Positions 12,622 to 26,809 of a stretch of 64,000 nt of DNA are shown piece after piece. The notes beneath the pieces were generated by a model that saw only the letters and a list, made by a program, of their open reading frames with translations, did no database searches and was not told the DNA's origin. The position numbers and the translations under genes are program-made. Numbering within the stretch: position 1 is the first letter of the stretch; each line of letters starts with the position of its first letter. Source of the DNA: Octopus vulgaris (Eukaryota). The stretch lies in NCBI GenBank assembly GCA_951406725.2, contig OX597828.1, positions 75,268,001-75,332,000 of the forward strand, in the 5' to 3' direction.

Positions 12622-13289
12622 TAAGCGTGTCACTGGCTGAGTATCTCCCAGACACCCGTTACACATTGTTAAAAACAAAAAGGCCTCTACCGTGTCACGC
12701 CACATCGCGTTACATCACATGTCATATCCTGTTACACTATGTCATATTTTGTAACATCATACCACTGCGGCCATATGGTATCACATCATAATGTTGTACC
12801 TCGCTGCGTTACACTTTGTTACAATAAGCCATCGTGTTACATCACCTCTCATTATATAATGTCACACTGCTACACTGCCCTGTGTCACTCTCTGTTACAC
12901 CGCTCCATGTTACACGACCATGTCACAGATATAAATATATAGAGTGTAGAAAATAATATAAATATTGAGGTGTGTGAAGTTACAGGTATCACTATAAAAT
13001 AGAAATGCATAGATTAAAGGTGTGAAGTGATATAGAGGAAGGGTGGTTATAGAGGAACAGGGTGGAATGTAGGGGCCAACCCAGTCTTGAAGTGAGGGCT
13101 TAAAGAAGAAGGGAAGGAAAGCTTAGCTGGCATTCAGTAGGGAGTTGGCTAATTGCTATAGATACCTGTGTAGTTGCCAGTAGACAAAGGTACGCTTTCG
13201 GTCCTTCCACCCTCGATTCAAAAGAACGTGAAGAATGTAGGAGATGGAAGGTGAGAGAGCTGCATCAGCAATAGGTTAGAAGTTGTTTT

Positions 13290-13420
13290 CTGTTGAGTAC
13301 AATGGAGCAGCGTGTAATGATACGCCTTGTTCAAGGCTACAACGCAGTGTCCAGTCCAGGAGTCGAACCAACGATCTTGTGATCAGAAGCCCAGCAGCCT
13401 AATCTCTAGAGCAAGCACCT
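13290..13420 (-). mobile_element. Decayed tRNA/CORE-like SINE head (family C-related)
   Basis: CCTTGTTCAAGGCTACAACGCA...GGAGTCGAACCAACGATCTTGTGATC resembles 27030-27100. Confidence 0.5.
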
Positions 13421-13513
13421 CAAAAAGGAAATACATTTGATATGTAAATAGTTTCAGTGCAAATCTGACGGTGATCAGATTGCTTAACTCATTTGACAAA
13501 GAGCAGGACCGCC

Positions 13514-13552
<39 letters not shown>

Positions 13553-14137
13553 ATTCCCTGGCGAAGTAAATGCACTGGACCCTAACATATTTACTTATTG
13601 ACAGAAAGGCATAGTAGAAATAAATCAAAACTGGGACTCTAAATCCGCGCGGCGAGGCCCACGGGCGAGGGCCCAATGTACCCATGCTTTAATATGACCC
13701 TGGGAAAGAGGTTGTTATATTTCTCTTGGGTCTTATTTTCACAGGAACAAAAACAGCAACTATATTCCTGGACCTCCAAGACTTCTGGTGGAAATTGTTC
13801 TCAAACCGGAGACATGACCCCAGTGCTTGCCCTGGAGATGACACCTGTAAATGAACACCTGTGGAGGGCCAGGTAGTGTTATACTGGGACACCACAGATG
13901 AAGTGTTATACCTGTGTCGGTTGTACAATATCCTTAGATGAAAATATTTAATCTTGGAAAATCGATAGTTCATTGGTTGGGAAGCTGGTGGGTGGTGGTG
14001 GCGTGTAATGACTGCTTTAAGACAGGACAAGGAGGTCAAGTGTGTTTGAAGTGTCAGCGTTTTGCGATTATGGATACAAGAGAGGAGGTTGTTAACTGAA
14101 GCAGACACAAGATGTGAGAGCGCACGTATGTATATGA

Positions 14138-14208
<71 letters not shown>

Positions 14209-14275
14209 TGTCTATGGGTACATAAACATATACATACATAACTTACATGCAGGCATACATACATACATATCTATA

Positions 14276-14345
<70 letters not shown>

Positions 14346-14463
14346 AACAGACGACGTAACTTTGTGTTCTACTTTGATTTTTTTTTATCATTAAAAAATG
14401 TATTTCGTTTGATCGCTGATTAATGACCAACACAATTTTATTTAAAGAAATAGTTGATTGCTT

Positions 14464-14500
<37 letters not shown>

Positions 14501-14798
14501 GTATATGTATATGTTTCTGTGTGTGTGTCTATATGAGAGAGGGAGAGAGAGAGAGAGGGGGTGGAGAACGAAAGATCTCGTATGGATGAAAGAAAACTCC
14601 ACTCGAGGTGTGTTGAGAACACGACAAAGGAAAGAATTAAACATTGCAAAATTTGTGTGTGCGTGTGTATATATATATATACACACGCACATATATGCAT
14701 ATATTTGTATGAGTGTGTCTGTTAAATATACGTTATGGATATATACATAATGTGTGTGTGTATATATTATCTATATCTGTCTGTATATACACACGCAC

Positions 14799-14847
<49 letters not shown>

Positions 14848-15327
14848 ACACACACACACACACATATATGTGAGTGTATGTGTATGTAGTTAATTAATAC
14901 CTCACTACTGAAAGCGCTAGCAACAGGAGCGCCCTCTGTCAGTATTGATGACCTATGATCTCTGACATTGTCACACATTTATAAAAAAAACAGTGACGAC
15001 CCAGAAGGCAATATGTCACCATTACCGCATCCCTCCAGCCGTCCACTAAGGTGTGATGCTAAAGTTAACAACTGTAGCTATTTTAACTAACAAGGAGGAT
15101 AAGGATGGCTGTTAAAAGACCTCGTCTGGCCTTTTAACGTGACAGATGCTAAATCCGAATCGCTGCATAACCACGTGACTAGATGGGTCAGTCGGAATAA
15201 AGGTTAGGGGAGTTGGTAGGGAACGGAACCCCTGTTTGGTGTTTGTACTTGCTTCCAATGGATTCCACCTTAAATACCGTGTGGTACTTTGCAGTAGGAA
15301 CATACTCGTGATACTCTAACACTAACA

Positions 15328-15540
15328 CTGGTTCTCCGTCAGTTACGACGACGACGACGACGAGAATTCCAGTTGATCCGATCAACGGAACAGCCTTCTC
15401 AGGAAATTAAAGTGCAAGTGGCTGAGTACTCCACAGACACTCGTAACACAGTTCTCTGGTAGATTCAGAGTGAAACAGGATGTGACAAGGTTGGGCAAGT
15501 GTCTTCTGCTATAACCCGGAGCCAACCGTTGTTCCGTGAG
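15328..15540. mobile_element. Chimeric SINE fragments: family C tail (minus) joined to a family B core piece (plus)
   Basis: TTACGACGACG...TTCCAGTTGATCCGATCAACGGAACAGCC...GTGACAAGG, then TTGGGCAAGTGTCTTCTGCTATAACCCG. Confidence 0.65.
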
Positions 15541-15567
15541 TGAACATACATGCACACACACACATAT

Positions 15568-15927
15568 TCTTTTATTCGTTTCAGTTATTTGACTGCGGCC
15601 ATGATGGAGCACTACCTTTAGTCGAGCAAATCAACCCCAAGATCTATTCTTTGTAAGCCTAGTACTTATTATATCTGTCTATTTTGCCGAAACGCTAGGT
15701 TACGGGGGTGTAAACACACCAGCATCTGTTGTCAAGAGATGGTGGGAGGACAAAACACAGACACACTAACACACACACACATACGACGGGCTTCTTTCAG
15801 TTTCCGTCTATCAAATTCACCCACAAGGCTCTACTCAGCCCGAGGCTATAGTAGAAGACACTTGCCCAAGGTGCCTCGCAGTGGTACAGAACCCGGAATC
15901 ATGAGGCTGGTAAGCAAACTTCTTACC
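15568..15927 (-). mobile_element. SINE family B copy
   Basis: Reverse complement of 51881-52325, including the internal (CA)n. Confidence 0.85.
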
Positions 15928-16009
15928 GGAACAAATGCACGTGGGTTATATCAATTATAATTCATTATTGTATTATGATGTATTCATACGGATATCATAA
16001 AAATATTTA

Positions 16010-17650
16010 GGTTCATGAAGTATATACTCCATATGGCGTTGAAACAAATGTAACCAAAGGATTAAATGTCATACAAACATATCCCCAAAACATACAAACA
16101 AATAAACATCTCTACGGACAACGACATAAGCACTGAAGTGAAAAGCTAGCCACGCTTCTAAATATAAAAGATCGCGTGGCGCACCTCGCCATGCACCTTC
16201 GCTACATTACGCTTAAAGATCATAAGCCTAACTTTCTTTCTGATCCTAAATGCAGGCTGATTAGCCTAAGAACGAACTAGGTATACTAAGAAAGTGTACT
16301 CTCGATACTATCAACTACGATTTTTGAACGGTTACTGGGTTGATCCAATGGGATTACAGTAATCTGCTGGTTCTGCAGCATTGAGAATAAAGCAGCCTCC
16401 TGGTGCATCAAATTCGATTTCCTTGATTTCTACCCTCCAATATCGAAATCCCTCATCCTGAAGGTTATAGATATTGGTAGGCTAATTCAAAATCATCGTG
16501 AACGCTACAAAGTCAATCTTGGTTCACGATAACTCTTTCTGAGTTAAGGAGAAAGGCGACCCACAGTTCGACGTATCTATGGGGAGCTAGGACGGGCCTG
16601 AGATCACTGACCTCATCGGGTAATTTATCCTGGCTGCTTTAAGGAAGCACACCTCCACTCATAACTCGGCCCTGTATAGAGCCTATGGTCTGACAACCAC
16701 AAATCGTATGACTGGCCAGGTTATGAACAGGTTCAAGAAAGATCTGATAAAGATCTCCAAAGAATTCGACCTGTGTATAACGATCAACACCAATTTGGCT
16801 GCTTGGACATCACTCTGGACTTGAAAACAGACAAATACTACCCTTACAGGTAGCCCAACAGGGAAACTGTGTATAGCTACAAAAAGAATCTAAACTATCA
16901 GCGGATAGAGAAATCTTCAACAAAGCCGCCTCATTATAACAAAAAATTTGCGAGGAGTGGGTTCACTGAGAAGTTAGTACATTTGAAGGACACCGCAGCG
17001 CCACCCCTGGAAACGAAAAGAGTTAAAAAGAGAAACATAATCTGGTTCAATCCTTCATTTAACTTAAAAGTTTCAACAATCATAAATAGGAGCTTTCTGA
17101 CGCTAGTTAAGAAGCATTTCCCTAGAACCCATGAATATTATGAACTTTCCAACCCCAACAACGTCAAGGTCAGTCACTCCTGCTTAGACAACATTGCTTC
17201 TAACATCGTACGCTACAACAGACGCAAACACACACTTCCACAGCTTGCAACACGCATTAAAAACTAGCGGTTGAAATCCTATTAACTCCCTACTGAGAAG
17301 GTCCTGCTGACCAACGGCTGTGGTCTTTGGGGCTACCCTCACACCATCCGATGGAAACCACAGCGACATAATAGATAATGTGTACCTTCGAGGGGAGGTA
17401 CTCCTTCAGGTGTAAGGGTAGGAAAATTCCACCTTTCTGTCCCGTTTTATCTAGAGACTCCGTGACCATCGGAATAATTTCCTCAGCGTCCAATGGAGTT
17501 TCCCTGATAGAAGCTTCTCTGTACTCTCCTGGAACTCGCAATTGAAAACTCTGCATCTGCGGAGAGTACTCATACTAAAAAAACCGGCTGGAAGGATCAA
17601 TTAATCTTATCAACATGAAGAATGAATTATCTTTTTGTTGCTACCAGAGG
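16010..17650 (+). pseudogene. Decayed Penelope-like retroelement ORF (reverse transcriptase plus C-terminal GIY-YIG endonuclease)
   Basis: Motifs in order across frameshifts and stops: YITLKDHKPNFLSDPKCRLI (16203), IKFDFLDFYPPIS (16407), FDVSMGS*DGPEITDLIG (16567), LYRAYGL (decayed YRDDGL, 16672), KRNIIWFNPSFN...KKHFP...NNVKVSHSCLDN (ORF 16869-17267), YSPGTRN*KLCIC and NLINMKNEL. Confidence 0.85.
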
Positions 17651-18294
17651 TCGCCCTGTCAATGTACTTCCAACCGGTGGTAGTCGACAATCCAGGTATA
17701 CTACCTTGGACCTGGGTGCTCGATGCTCAAGGAAATATAGAGCAGCTGCCTATACATACAGCGAATCCACTCCTCGCTAATCCCTCGTTATACATATACC
17801 GATCCATGCCAACAATCCAGCCTAGCATCACCAAATCTGGTTACTCACACGGAAAGGTTGTTGTAACTATAGCGTTACTTCTTGACAAATCCGCAACAAC
17901 GACCCGCTCGGACACACGTTCCAGTAAATGCAACTAACTGATGCTGGTAAATAAATCACACAGCAGTTTCTGAACATGGCAGCGACGATTACCAACTTGT
18001 TCGTCGATGTGGCCCAAGGAATAAAGTAAATGATTGATGTAGCTTCCAGACCAATAACATCACGTGACCTGAGTTGCCCAATAAAGGTCTAATATCTAGA
18101 AGCCATCTTGAATATGACGCATATACAATTAGTTTATCTCCAGATGCTTGATGGCCCTACAAATTTTAAGTTGCATGGAGTTGAGTCAAACAGTTATTAA
18201 ATAACACAATATATATATATACGTACATGCACATATATACACATACATAAATGTATACATATGCACATATATATGGATACATATACATTTACAG

Positions 18295-18337
<43 letters not shown>

Positions 18338-18543
18338 TATATATACGCATATATACATACATACATTCACACACATATATCAAGGGTTGAACAGATAAAA
18401 CACAATTATATATATATATATATATATATATAAGTATATGTGTGTGTTTGTGTGTGTGTGTGTGTGTGTGTATGTTTACATTTCAATTAATATTTGCTCA
18501 TTTGCTTTTGTGGATAAATTTAGGATTATAGCTGAAAAAGGAT

Positions 18544-18596
<53 letters not shown>

Positions 18597-18721
18597 ACAA
18601 TAATATTATTATTCTATATGAATGTTCATTCCTGGAGGTTATGTAATTGAAGCGTCAAATTCTCTACGCGCTAATCTATAATTATGTATGTCTCCCTTCT
18701 CCCGCAGTCTATGTATATATA

Positions 18722-18790
<69 letters not shown>

Positions 18791-18976
18791 GTGTGTGTGC
18801 GTGTGTGTGTGTGTGTGTGTATGACAGTTTTAATTTTATTAAAGGCTTCGCGAAATGGAATATGTAAATTGCTGAACAATCTTTACAACTATCAAACAAC
18901 ATAATGGAAAACGTCATTAAATATAATTGAATGCATTATATATGCATTTATACATACTATTGTGTACATACATACA

Positions 18977-19012
<36 letters not shown>

Positions 19013-19093
19013 TACATACATATACTTGCTATAAACACGCACACACACGCATATGTATATATACGTATACATACACATAGGAATATATATATA

Positions 19094-19246
19094 TATTTCT
19101 TTATTGCCCACAGGAGGCTAAACACAGCGGAGATAAACAAGGACAGGCAAAGGGATTAAGTCGATTACATCGACCCCAGTGCGTAACTGGTACTTATCTA
19201 ATCGACCCCAAAAGGATGAAAGGCAAAGTCGACCTCAGCGGAATGT
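19094..19246 (-). mobile_element. SINE family A 3' part
   Basis: TTTCTTTATTGCCCACAGGAGGCTAAACAC...GGATGAAAGGCAAAGTCGACCTCAGCGGAAT is the reverse complement of 58830-58988. Confidence 0.8.
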
Positions 19247-19746
19247 ATATATACACTGAGTGTGTATGTGTACATATATACCCGCAAGTGTATATATACA
19301 TGTATATACTAACGTGTTTGTGTATACACACACACACACACAGACACACACACACACATACACACACACACACGTGTCTATATATCTATGTATATATTTG
19401 CACACACACATACACATATATAAAACTATGTTATACAGACAAATGATGTTACTAATGGGTTTGATGGGAAAAAAGCTTCCATGTTAGAAAGGGAGACCTG
19501 GTGATCTTCGGACAAATTCCTTCAGAAAGTTTATAACGAATTCTTGTGTTTGCATTGAAAGCAAGACATATAATTCTGCTCTGTCGGGAAACGTAAGACA
19601 AAACACTGAAAAACCAGTCAACCACAACCGAAATTCAAGGAAGTGAATAAGGATAAGCTTGGTTTAGAGGGTTATATTGCAATGTAATGTAAAGTAGAAT
19701 ATTTGAGAGACAAAGTGACACACACACAAACACCCAGCGTGCTGTG

Positions 19747-19778
<32 letters not shown>

Positions 19779-19780
19779 CA

Positions 19781-20178
19781 CTAACAGTATCGCCCAGCGT
19801 TGCTCGGGTTTGTAAGGGAAATAACTATATAAGCATTTTTAGAGATGTAAAGTATAATAGCCATCTCAATATGGCTAACCACAAAGGGGAGGGGGTGTTA
19901 CTGTAGCTTCTTACGTTCTGAGATTTATTAATAAATTTTTAGAGAGTTACTTCCCTTATATATGCCAAAAATGCATTAAAAATGGGAAAAATGATGATAA
20001 ATTTTTTTTTAAATCGTAGACTCATCGTAGACGCGCGCTAATACCCAGAAGGGCTCGATATGAATCACGGCTATAAGATACCCGGTTTTGGTTAAACTGC
20101 ACCGCAAAATGTGGGAGAAGTTAGGAATCTAAATCGTAGGAGACAGACAGCACACAACCTCACTTTTATATATAAAGA
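19781..20178 (-). mobile_element. Non-autonomous Helitron
   Basis: Minus strand starts A|TCTTTATATATAAAAG and ends with hairpin CCCGAGCAACGCTGGG + CGATACTG + TTAG|T. No target-site duplication. The 3' end is shared with the 34545 copy. Confidence 0.8.
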
Positions 20179-20320
20179 TATACATATTTCTACGTGCATA
20201 TATAGTATATATTACAAGTGATATTCTACTCAAGTTACGATTATTGGCCTATCATACCTATAATTGATATAACGAGCATGTCTTTCGGTTCTACACCAAC
20301 ATTTGATTTATACATAAGAC

Positions 20321-20627
20321 CAAGGTTGGCCCGCAGACTTTTATCTTGCGGCCTGTTTGATACTTTCTTGAAATGGATTTATTTATACACATTTTAAAAA
20401 GTTTATCAAAAATTAAAGATTGTAATGAAAAGTAAAAAACAAAGAAAGATTCTACTGTTTTTCCAATGATGATATTTGATGTTGAAGCAACGATCATTCA
20501 TTCCTTATTGTAATAATAGCAGGAGATAGCAAATGCTTTCTATTCTGTCAGTTTACAAGCGACCCCACCACAAAAGACTTACTTTGATTAAAGTGGCCCG
20601 CAATGTAATTCGAGTTGGCCAGGCCTG
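20321..20627 (+). mobile_element. hAT-type MITE (5' partly deleted), homologous to 44332-44663
   Basis: Shared body CAGACTTTTATCTTGCG...AAAATTAAAGATTGTAATGAAAAGTAAAA...AAGTGGCCCGCAATGTAATTCGAGTTGGCCAGGCCTG. Confidence 0.75.
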
Positions 20628-20875
20628 TAAAAGAGGGATCCTGAACCATGTACGGTACAGACTAGAATCTCTCCCAGTCAAGTGGTTAGTCTTTCCTATT
20701 TTACTTTAGTCCTCCATTTTACTTGAATTTTGTAGTTTTTTTCAGCTGTGTTATATATGCATGGGCCATACTGGAGTAGTGCAGTCACAAATTCCAAGGT
20801 TCTATGTCTAAGAGGTTATGTTCTTCAGCATACATGGCATCAATAGTTGGTGACATCAAGGAATTCGCAGAGGCT

Positions 20876-21010
20876 GCTCAGTGAACTGGCAGAACCGTTT
20901 GCACCCAGACAAAATGTTTAGTGCCATTTCGTCTGTTTTTACGTTCTCAATTCAAAAGCCGCCGACTTTGACTTTCGTCCTTTCGGTATCTATGAAATAA
21001 GCACTCTTGT
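20876..21010 (+). mobile_element. Decayed SINE family A copy
   Basis: GTGAACTGGCAGAACCGTTTGCAC...ACGTTCTCAATTCAAAAGCCGCCGA. Confidence 0.6.
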
Positions 21011-21025
21011 ACCAAGATTTGAACC

Positions 21026-21076
<51 letters not shown>

Positions 21077-21098
21077 ATATTAAATCTCATTATTAATA

Positions 21099-21312
21099 AG
21101 GCGGCGAGAGGGTAGAATCATTAGCACTCCGGGCGAAATGCTTAGCGGTATTTCGCCCGTCGCTATGTTCTGAGTTCAAATTCGGCCGAGGACGACTGTG
21201 CCTTTCATCCTTTCGGGGTCGATAAATTAAGTATCAGTTGCATACTGGGGTCGATGCAATCGACTATCCCCCTCCCCCCAAAATTGCCGCCCTTGTGGCA
21301 AAATTTCAAGCC
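21099..21312 (+). mobile_element. SINE family A copy
   Basis: GGCGGCGAG...GGGCGAAATGCTTAGCGGTATTTCGCCC...GAGTTCAAATTC...GGGGTCGATAAATTAAGTA, within (ATT)n. Confidence 0.85.
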
Positions 21313-21364
21313 AATATATCATTATTATTGTTATTATTATTACACACACACACACGTATATATA

Positions 21365-21502
21365 CAGGTGGTGCAAAAGTCTGGAGCCATAGTCTTTCAA
21401 ATCGGCTGTCATTGCAGAAAAGCTAACAATTTCAGTAGTAGAACTTGTAAACCGTAAATTGTCATATAAATTGCTTATGGGTCCAAACTTTTGCACCACC
21501 CT
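21365..21502. mobile_element. Very small Tc1/mariner-type MITE
   Basis: TIRs CAGGTGGTGCAAAAGTCTGGAGCCATA / TATGGGTCCAAACTTTTGCACCACCCT, within TA runs. Confidence 0.8.
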
Positions 21503-21514
21503 ATATATATATAT

Positions 21515-21797
21515 AATTATAAATCAGGGTATCTACGGGATATCACCATGCTGAAAATAGCAGCCATGATCAACTCTAAAACCATCTTAATGGTCCATAT
21601 ATCAACACGGAGAGATATATGGACAATTAAGGTGGTTTTAGAGTCAGATCATGGCTGCTATTTTCAGCATGGTGGTATCTCGTAGATACCCTGATTTATA
21701 ATTTTAATAATTATTACCTTTGAAGGGTTATTTTTTCCATCCTGACTACTTGATAAAATCGTTATTTTATTTTTAAATCAACGCTCTTATCCTTATG
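21515..21797. repeat. Fold-back element in (TA)n: about 89-bp inverted repeat plus about 95-bp tail
   Basis: Arms 21515-21603 and 21614-21703 with about 5 differences and a 10-nt loop. Confidence 0.85.
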
Positions 21798-21883
21798 TAT
21801 ATATATATATATATATATGAAAACACTTATATACAAACAACTATCTATCTATCTATCTATCTACGTGTGTAAGAAAAACTTGT

Positions 21884-21933
<50 letters not shown>

Positions 21934-22249
21934 ATTATCCATTTATGTGTGTGTGTGTAGTAAAAAGATACGTATATACGATCATGTATCTATAAAAGTG
22001 TGTGTGCGCGTGCGTAGACCTCGAATGTGGCGTATCAGCAGCAATTCGTTAGACTGCAACCGCACTCCCCCACCGTTCCCTCTCTGTCACCAGAGAGCCC
22101 CACCCCCACCTCTTCCAGGCACAGAAAGACCAACCCTCAATTTCAGCTTCCAATACCACCCTTCACCGCCCACCTCCAACAAACAACACCTTCGGCTTGA
22201 AAGCTGACACGCTCGACCTGTCACCTAATTAACACGATGCAATGACAGC

Positions 22250-22463
22250 TTATTATTATCATTATTATTGGTGAGGTGGTGGTGGGCTGAGGGTAACAGT
22301 GGTTGTCGAGATGGTGATGACAGAGGCGGCGATGACACTGATGATGTCGATAATGATGGTGGTAATATAATTATGGTGATGATGATGATGACGGCGATGG
22401 TGATGGTGATGACAATGGTGATGCTGCTGCTGCAGATGGCGTTGCTGGTGGTGCTGGTGAAAG

Positions 22464-22510
<47 letters not shown>

Positions 22511-22598
22511 GTGATGGGGCATATCGACATTTCATATAATAACAACAACCATGTCATGGCGATGATAATTGTGATGATGGTGACGATGATTAAGATGG

Positions 22599-22637
<39 letters not shown>

Positions 22638-22802
22638 CGATGGCGATGTCGGTGTCTATAATTGCGGCAGCCATATTTGTTACTCATTTGGGATTCAGGT
22701 AAACTGGAGATGTGGCATCATATTGAAATGGGAGGAACAGGTAGATGGAAGAGGATGCTGCCATCGCCGACGCCGACGCCGCTGCTGCTGCTGCTGCTGC
22801 TG

Positions 22803-22860
<58 letters not shown>
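22250..22860. repeat. Compound (GAT)n/(GCT)n/(ACT)n trinucleotide region
   Basis: Directly visible repeats. Confidence 0.9.
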
Positions 22861-23560
22861 GAGTGCTCTTCTGTTATTGCTGTTGTTGGTACTGTGGCTA
22901 TTATTTGACGCCATCCAGAACACTTTCTTTTCGACTTTCCAGCCATGGCCATTACATCTTGTAGTTGGTTGGTTGGTTGGTTGGTAGTAACAGAAGTGGG
23001 AATGCATTTGACAACGTTTCATTTTTCTTTGAAAGAAGGGAGTGACTGTGTGTGTAATCGGGAGGTATTTTGGCTGTTATTACTAGCAGCTCGAGCAACT
23101 ACATACAGGTTCCGTCCCCTCCACCCCCGACACTTCCTCATTGTATTGTTATTCTTGATATTACTCTTGTAGTTTTTTGCGGTAGTTGATGTTGTTTGTG
23201 TTGTGGTTGTTGCTGCTACAGTTGTCATATTTTCTGATATTTTAGTGACTGGATGTTGTTGTTGTTGATTTTGTTGTCGCTTCTCTCGATATAGTTGTTT
23301 TATTGTATTGTTTGTTGTTGTTAATTTTCTGCTGCTACACTTGTCGCACATGATACTGCTGCTGCTGCTGTTGCTGCTGCTGCTGTATGTACTGATCTAA
23401 TTAGCAACACTACTAATTACATATCAGACACACCGAGACACGTTATTTATCACCTTAAATGAATTCTGATACGTTGCTTCTTTTCAAAAATGTTGTTGTA
23501 GTTGTTGTTGCTACTGTTTTGCGGTAATGTTACATGTATTTTTAGATGGCGTATGTGTGT

Positions 23561-23627
<67 letters not shown>

Positions 23628-23979
23628 CGCCAGTTTCAATATATGTGCACTTTATATACAGAGTAAGAAAGAAAGAGAGAGATGTAATAATCGATGGTTA
23701 ACAAGCCAATTGTTCTCATTTTAAGGCAAGCACACACACACACACACACACCGAGTAATATAAACACAATTTCCAAAGTGTATTGTATTGTATGTATATA
23801 TGTATTGTATGTATGTATGTATGTATGTATGTATGTATGTATGTATGTATGTATGTATGTATGTATGTGTGTATGTGTTTATGTATGTATGTATCTGTCC
23901 ATACATGTTTAGACACGCCTATACCAGTACACACACAGTCTCGCATATATATATATTTATGTTTATATATATATATTTA

Positions 23980-24021
<42 letters not shown>

Positions 24022-25713
24022 ACATATATATAAAAATACATATATGTAACATATATATACATATATATACATATATATATATACATATATATATATATAA
24101 CATATATATATGTAACATATTTATACATATATATATAACATATATACATATATATAACATATACATATATATATATATACATATATATATGTAACATATA
24201 TATACATATATATAATATATATATATATATACATATATATAACATATATAAATATTTATATATATACATATATATATATATAAGATACATTCCACCTACT
24301 ACAAGCACCTGACAATATTCCACATATTTGACATCTCCCTCTTCCTCTCTTCCTCTTCCTTTATCTATCTAGTCAGATACATAGTGAGGGAGAGAGAGTG
24401 AGATAGGGAGGAGGGAGAGGAAGAACGGGGTGGGGAAGACGATTCGTTCAGAAGGGTGATGAGAGTTCATCACGAGAACCACGAAAGGATTACAGTTAAA
24501 TATGACAATTTAACAAATCACCCGTTATATTTGATCAATTTCCCCTGAATTCCAAGGGATATGTTTTGGTGTTGATGGATGTCAGAGAAGTATTTCGCGA
24601 AGCGCAACTGAATGGAATGTCAGCAACATTTTATCTACATTGGCCAATCATAGGAATTTACCAAACCAAAACTGTCACACGTCAATACCAAAATACAGAA
24701 GATAACAATTCGAGTAACGAAATACATAAACACAATAATTAAAAACTGCCTAATTATCGTGGCTGTACAAATAATCTGTTCAATTCACAATCAAATAGTT
24801 CCTAGTTCGATCCTACTCGGCAGTACTTTGAGCAAATATCTTCTACCATAAGGTTGGGTTGACCAATATACCGTACTGTATTTACATTACAAAAGAGAAA
24901 CAACTCTCGGGACATTGGTGTACTCAGCCCCTTGATAAATAGAGATAGATAAAATGAGCTCCAGATTGGGTACTGGAACAGATATAATTGCCTTCAAGCC
25001 CTCCAAGTTTGTACCCCAGCTTGGGCGCCGTTCAATTCAGTGATTTCCTTAAAAAATAAAAGTATATCGTGTCCACCAACGCCTCCACCCTCAAGGATTC
25101 TTTCTCACCACTAGTTTACTTTGACCACCAGCTTCAGCTGACCACATACGTCGGTTGAGCACGAAGGTTATAGCGAAGGCTATAATCGGGAAAGATCAAC
25201 ACCAGTTTATCACTGGTACTTTATTTAATCGAAGTTGGTGAGTGAAAGGTAAAGCCAAAGTTGATGGGATGCAAAATTTGGGGAAGGCACCACGCAAAAC
25301 ATTCTGTCAACGTAGGATGGCCGTGTGGTTAGCAAGTTCAGTTCAAAGTTCCGTGATCCCGGATTTTTATTTTAAGACACACACACAGTTATATAAACCG
25401 AATTTCACCAGGCGTCAGTTGGGGCACGCATCTTCACTTGAAACTTTGGGTTGGCTAAAAATGATACTGTTTCGCGAGAGAAATTTGATAGATAGACTGT
25501 CTGCCGCATGCATGCATACACGCACGCATACATACATGCATACATATGTGTGCGTAGATATATAAACATTCATATATGTGTGTATATAGATACGTATGTA
25601 TACATATATATGTATTTATGTATATGCACACACACATATTTACACATATATGCATACGCGTACACATATATGCATACATACGCATATATAGATACTAAGA
25701 CATGTATGTATGT

Positions 25714-25746
<33 letters not shown>

Positions 25747-25967
25747 CTTTATCTTTTATTAAACTTTTAATACTTTTGATATATATTTAAAATAATATAA
25801 ATTAATTAATTTTATGTATTGGCTTATGTTTTTCATTGTTTGATTTGCTTAATAGTGGTTTTATCTCTAATTTAATATAATATAATATAATATATCTATA
25901 CTATAAAATTGGATTTAATCCTAAATCTGATTTTTCCCTGTAAGTTTGGCTTTATTCCCTAATATTT

Positions 25968-26048
<81 letters not shown>

Positions 26049-26809
26049 ATAATATGGAAAGATTCAATTTATATTTTCTCTTTATAGCAGAACTGTTGTC
26101 GCTAGCGAGGCCATGCTCTAGCAACAGCTATTGACAAGGTGCTGGCAAGTATTCTTCATGTCCACTTCCATAAAAATCCCTTGTAATTGGTGTCCTTCTT
26201 CAATCTCTGTGGGATTTCCATTCTGGCAGTGGAACAATGGAAACGATTCTCACAGCATGGCAGTCAGGTGCTGCGATTAAAATATAGATCTTGTTGAGGT
26301 TTCCATTACTTTAACAAAATCTTCTATACTGTGAATGCAACATCCCTGTGGAACGTAGTGGTTAAAGATGGTTTTCCAGATTACTTTATATAGATTATTA
26401 AATTATTCCACGATGAGGTGGAAGTATGGCTCAACGTCTGTAGGAACATGTGGTAAAGGATTCCTGTAGAAAATGGTGTCGAATAAAGGGACATCCTTGA
26501 TCTAACTCTCGCTTTACATAGACGTTATCAGCGTTTTATATTTATATTCACGCACACACATACACACACACACAAGGTGTCCATAAATTACCATTACAGT
26601 TTGAAAAATTCATAAAGAAAAAATGGAAAATAAGCAGATTTTATTGGAAAACATAGGCAAACAAATAAAGTTTTATTAGAAACCAGCCCACTTGCTTTAT
26701 TGGTTTCAAGCAAAACATTTAGGCTATACGATAAATTGTGGAAGTGACAGAGACAATTTATGAACTCCCAGTGTATGTTAGGTATATATATATATATATA
26801 TACAGGATA

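Noticed and set aside
13640-13702. GC-rich end resembling a DNA-transposon TIR (minus strand CAGGGTCATATTAAAGCATGGG...GGGCCC)
   Set aside because: No partner end or target-site duplication found.
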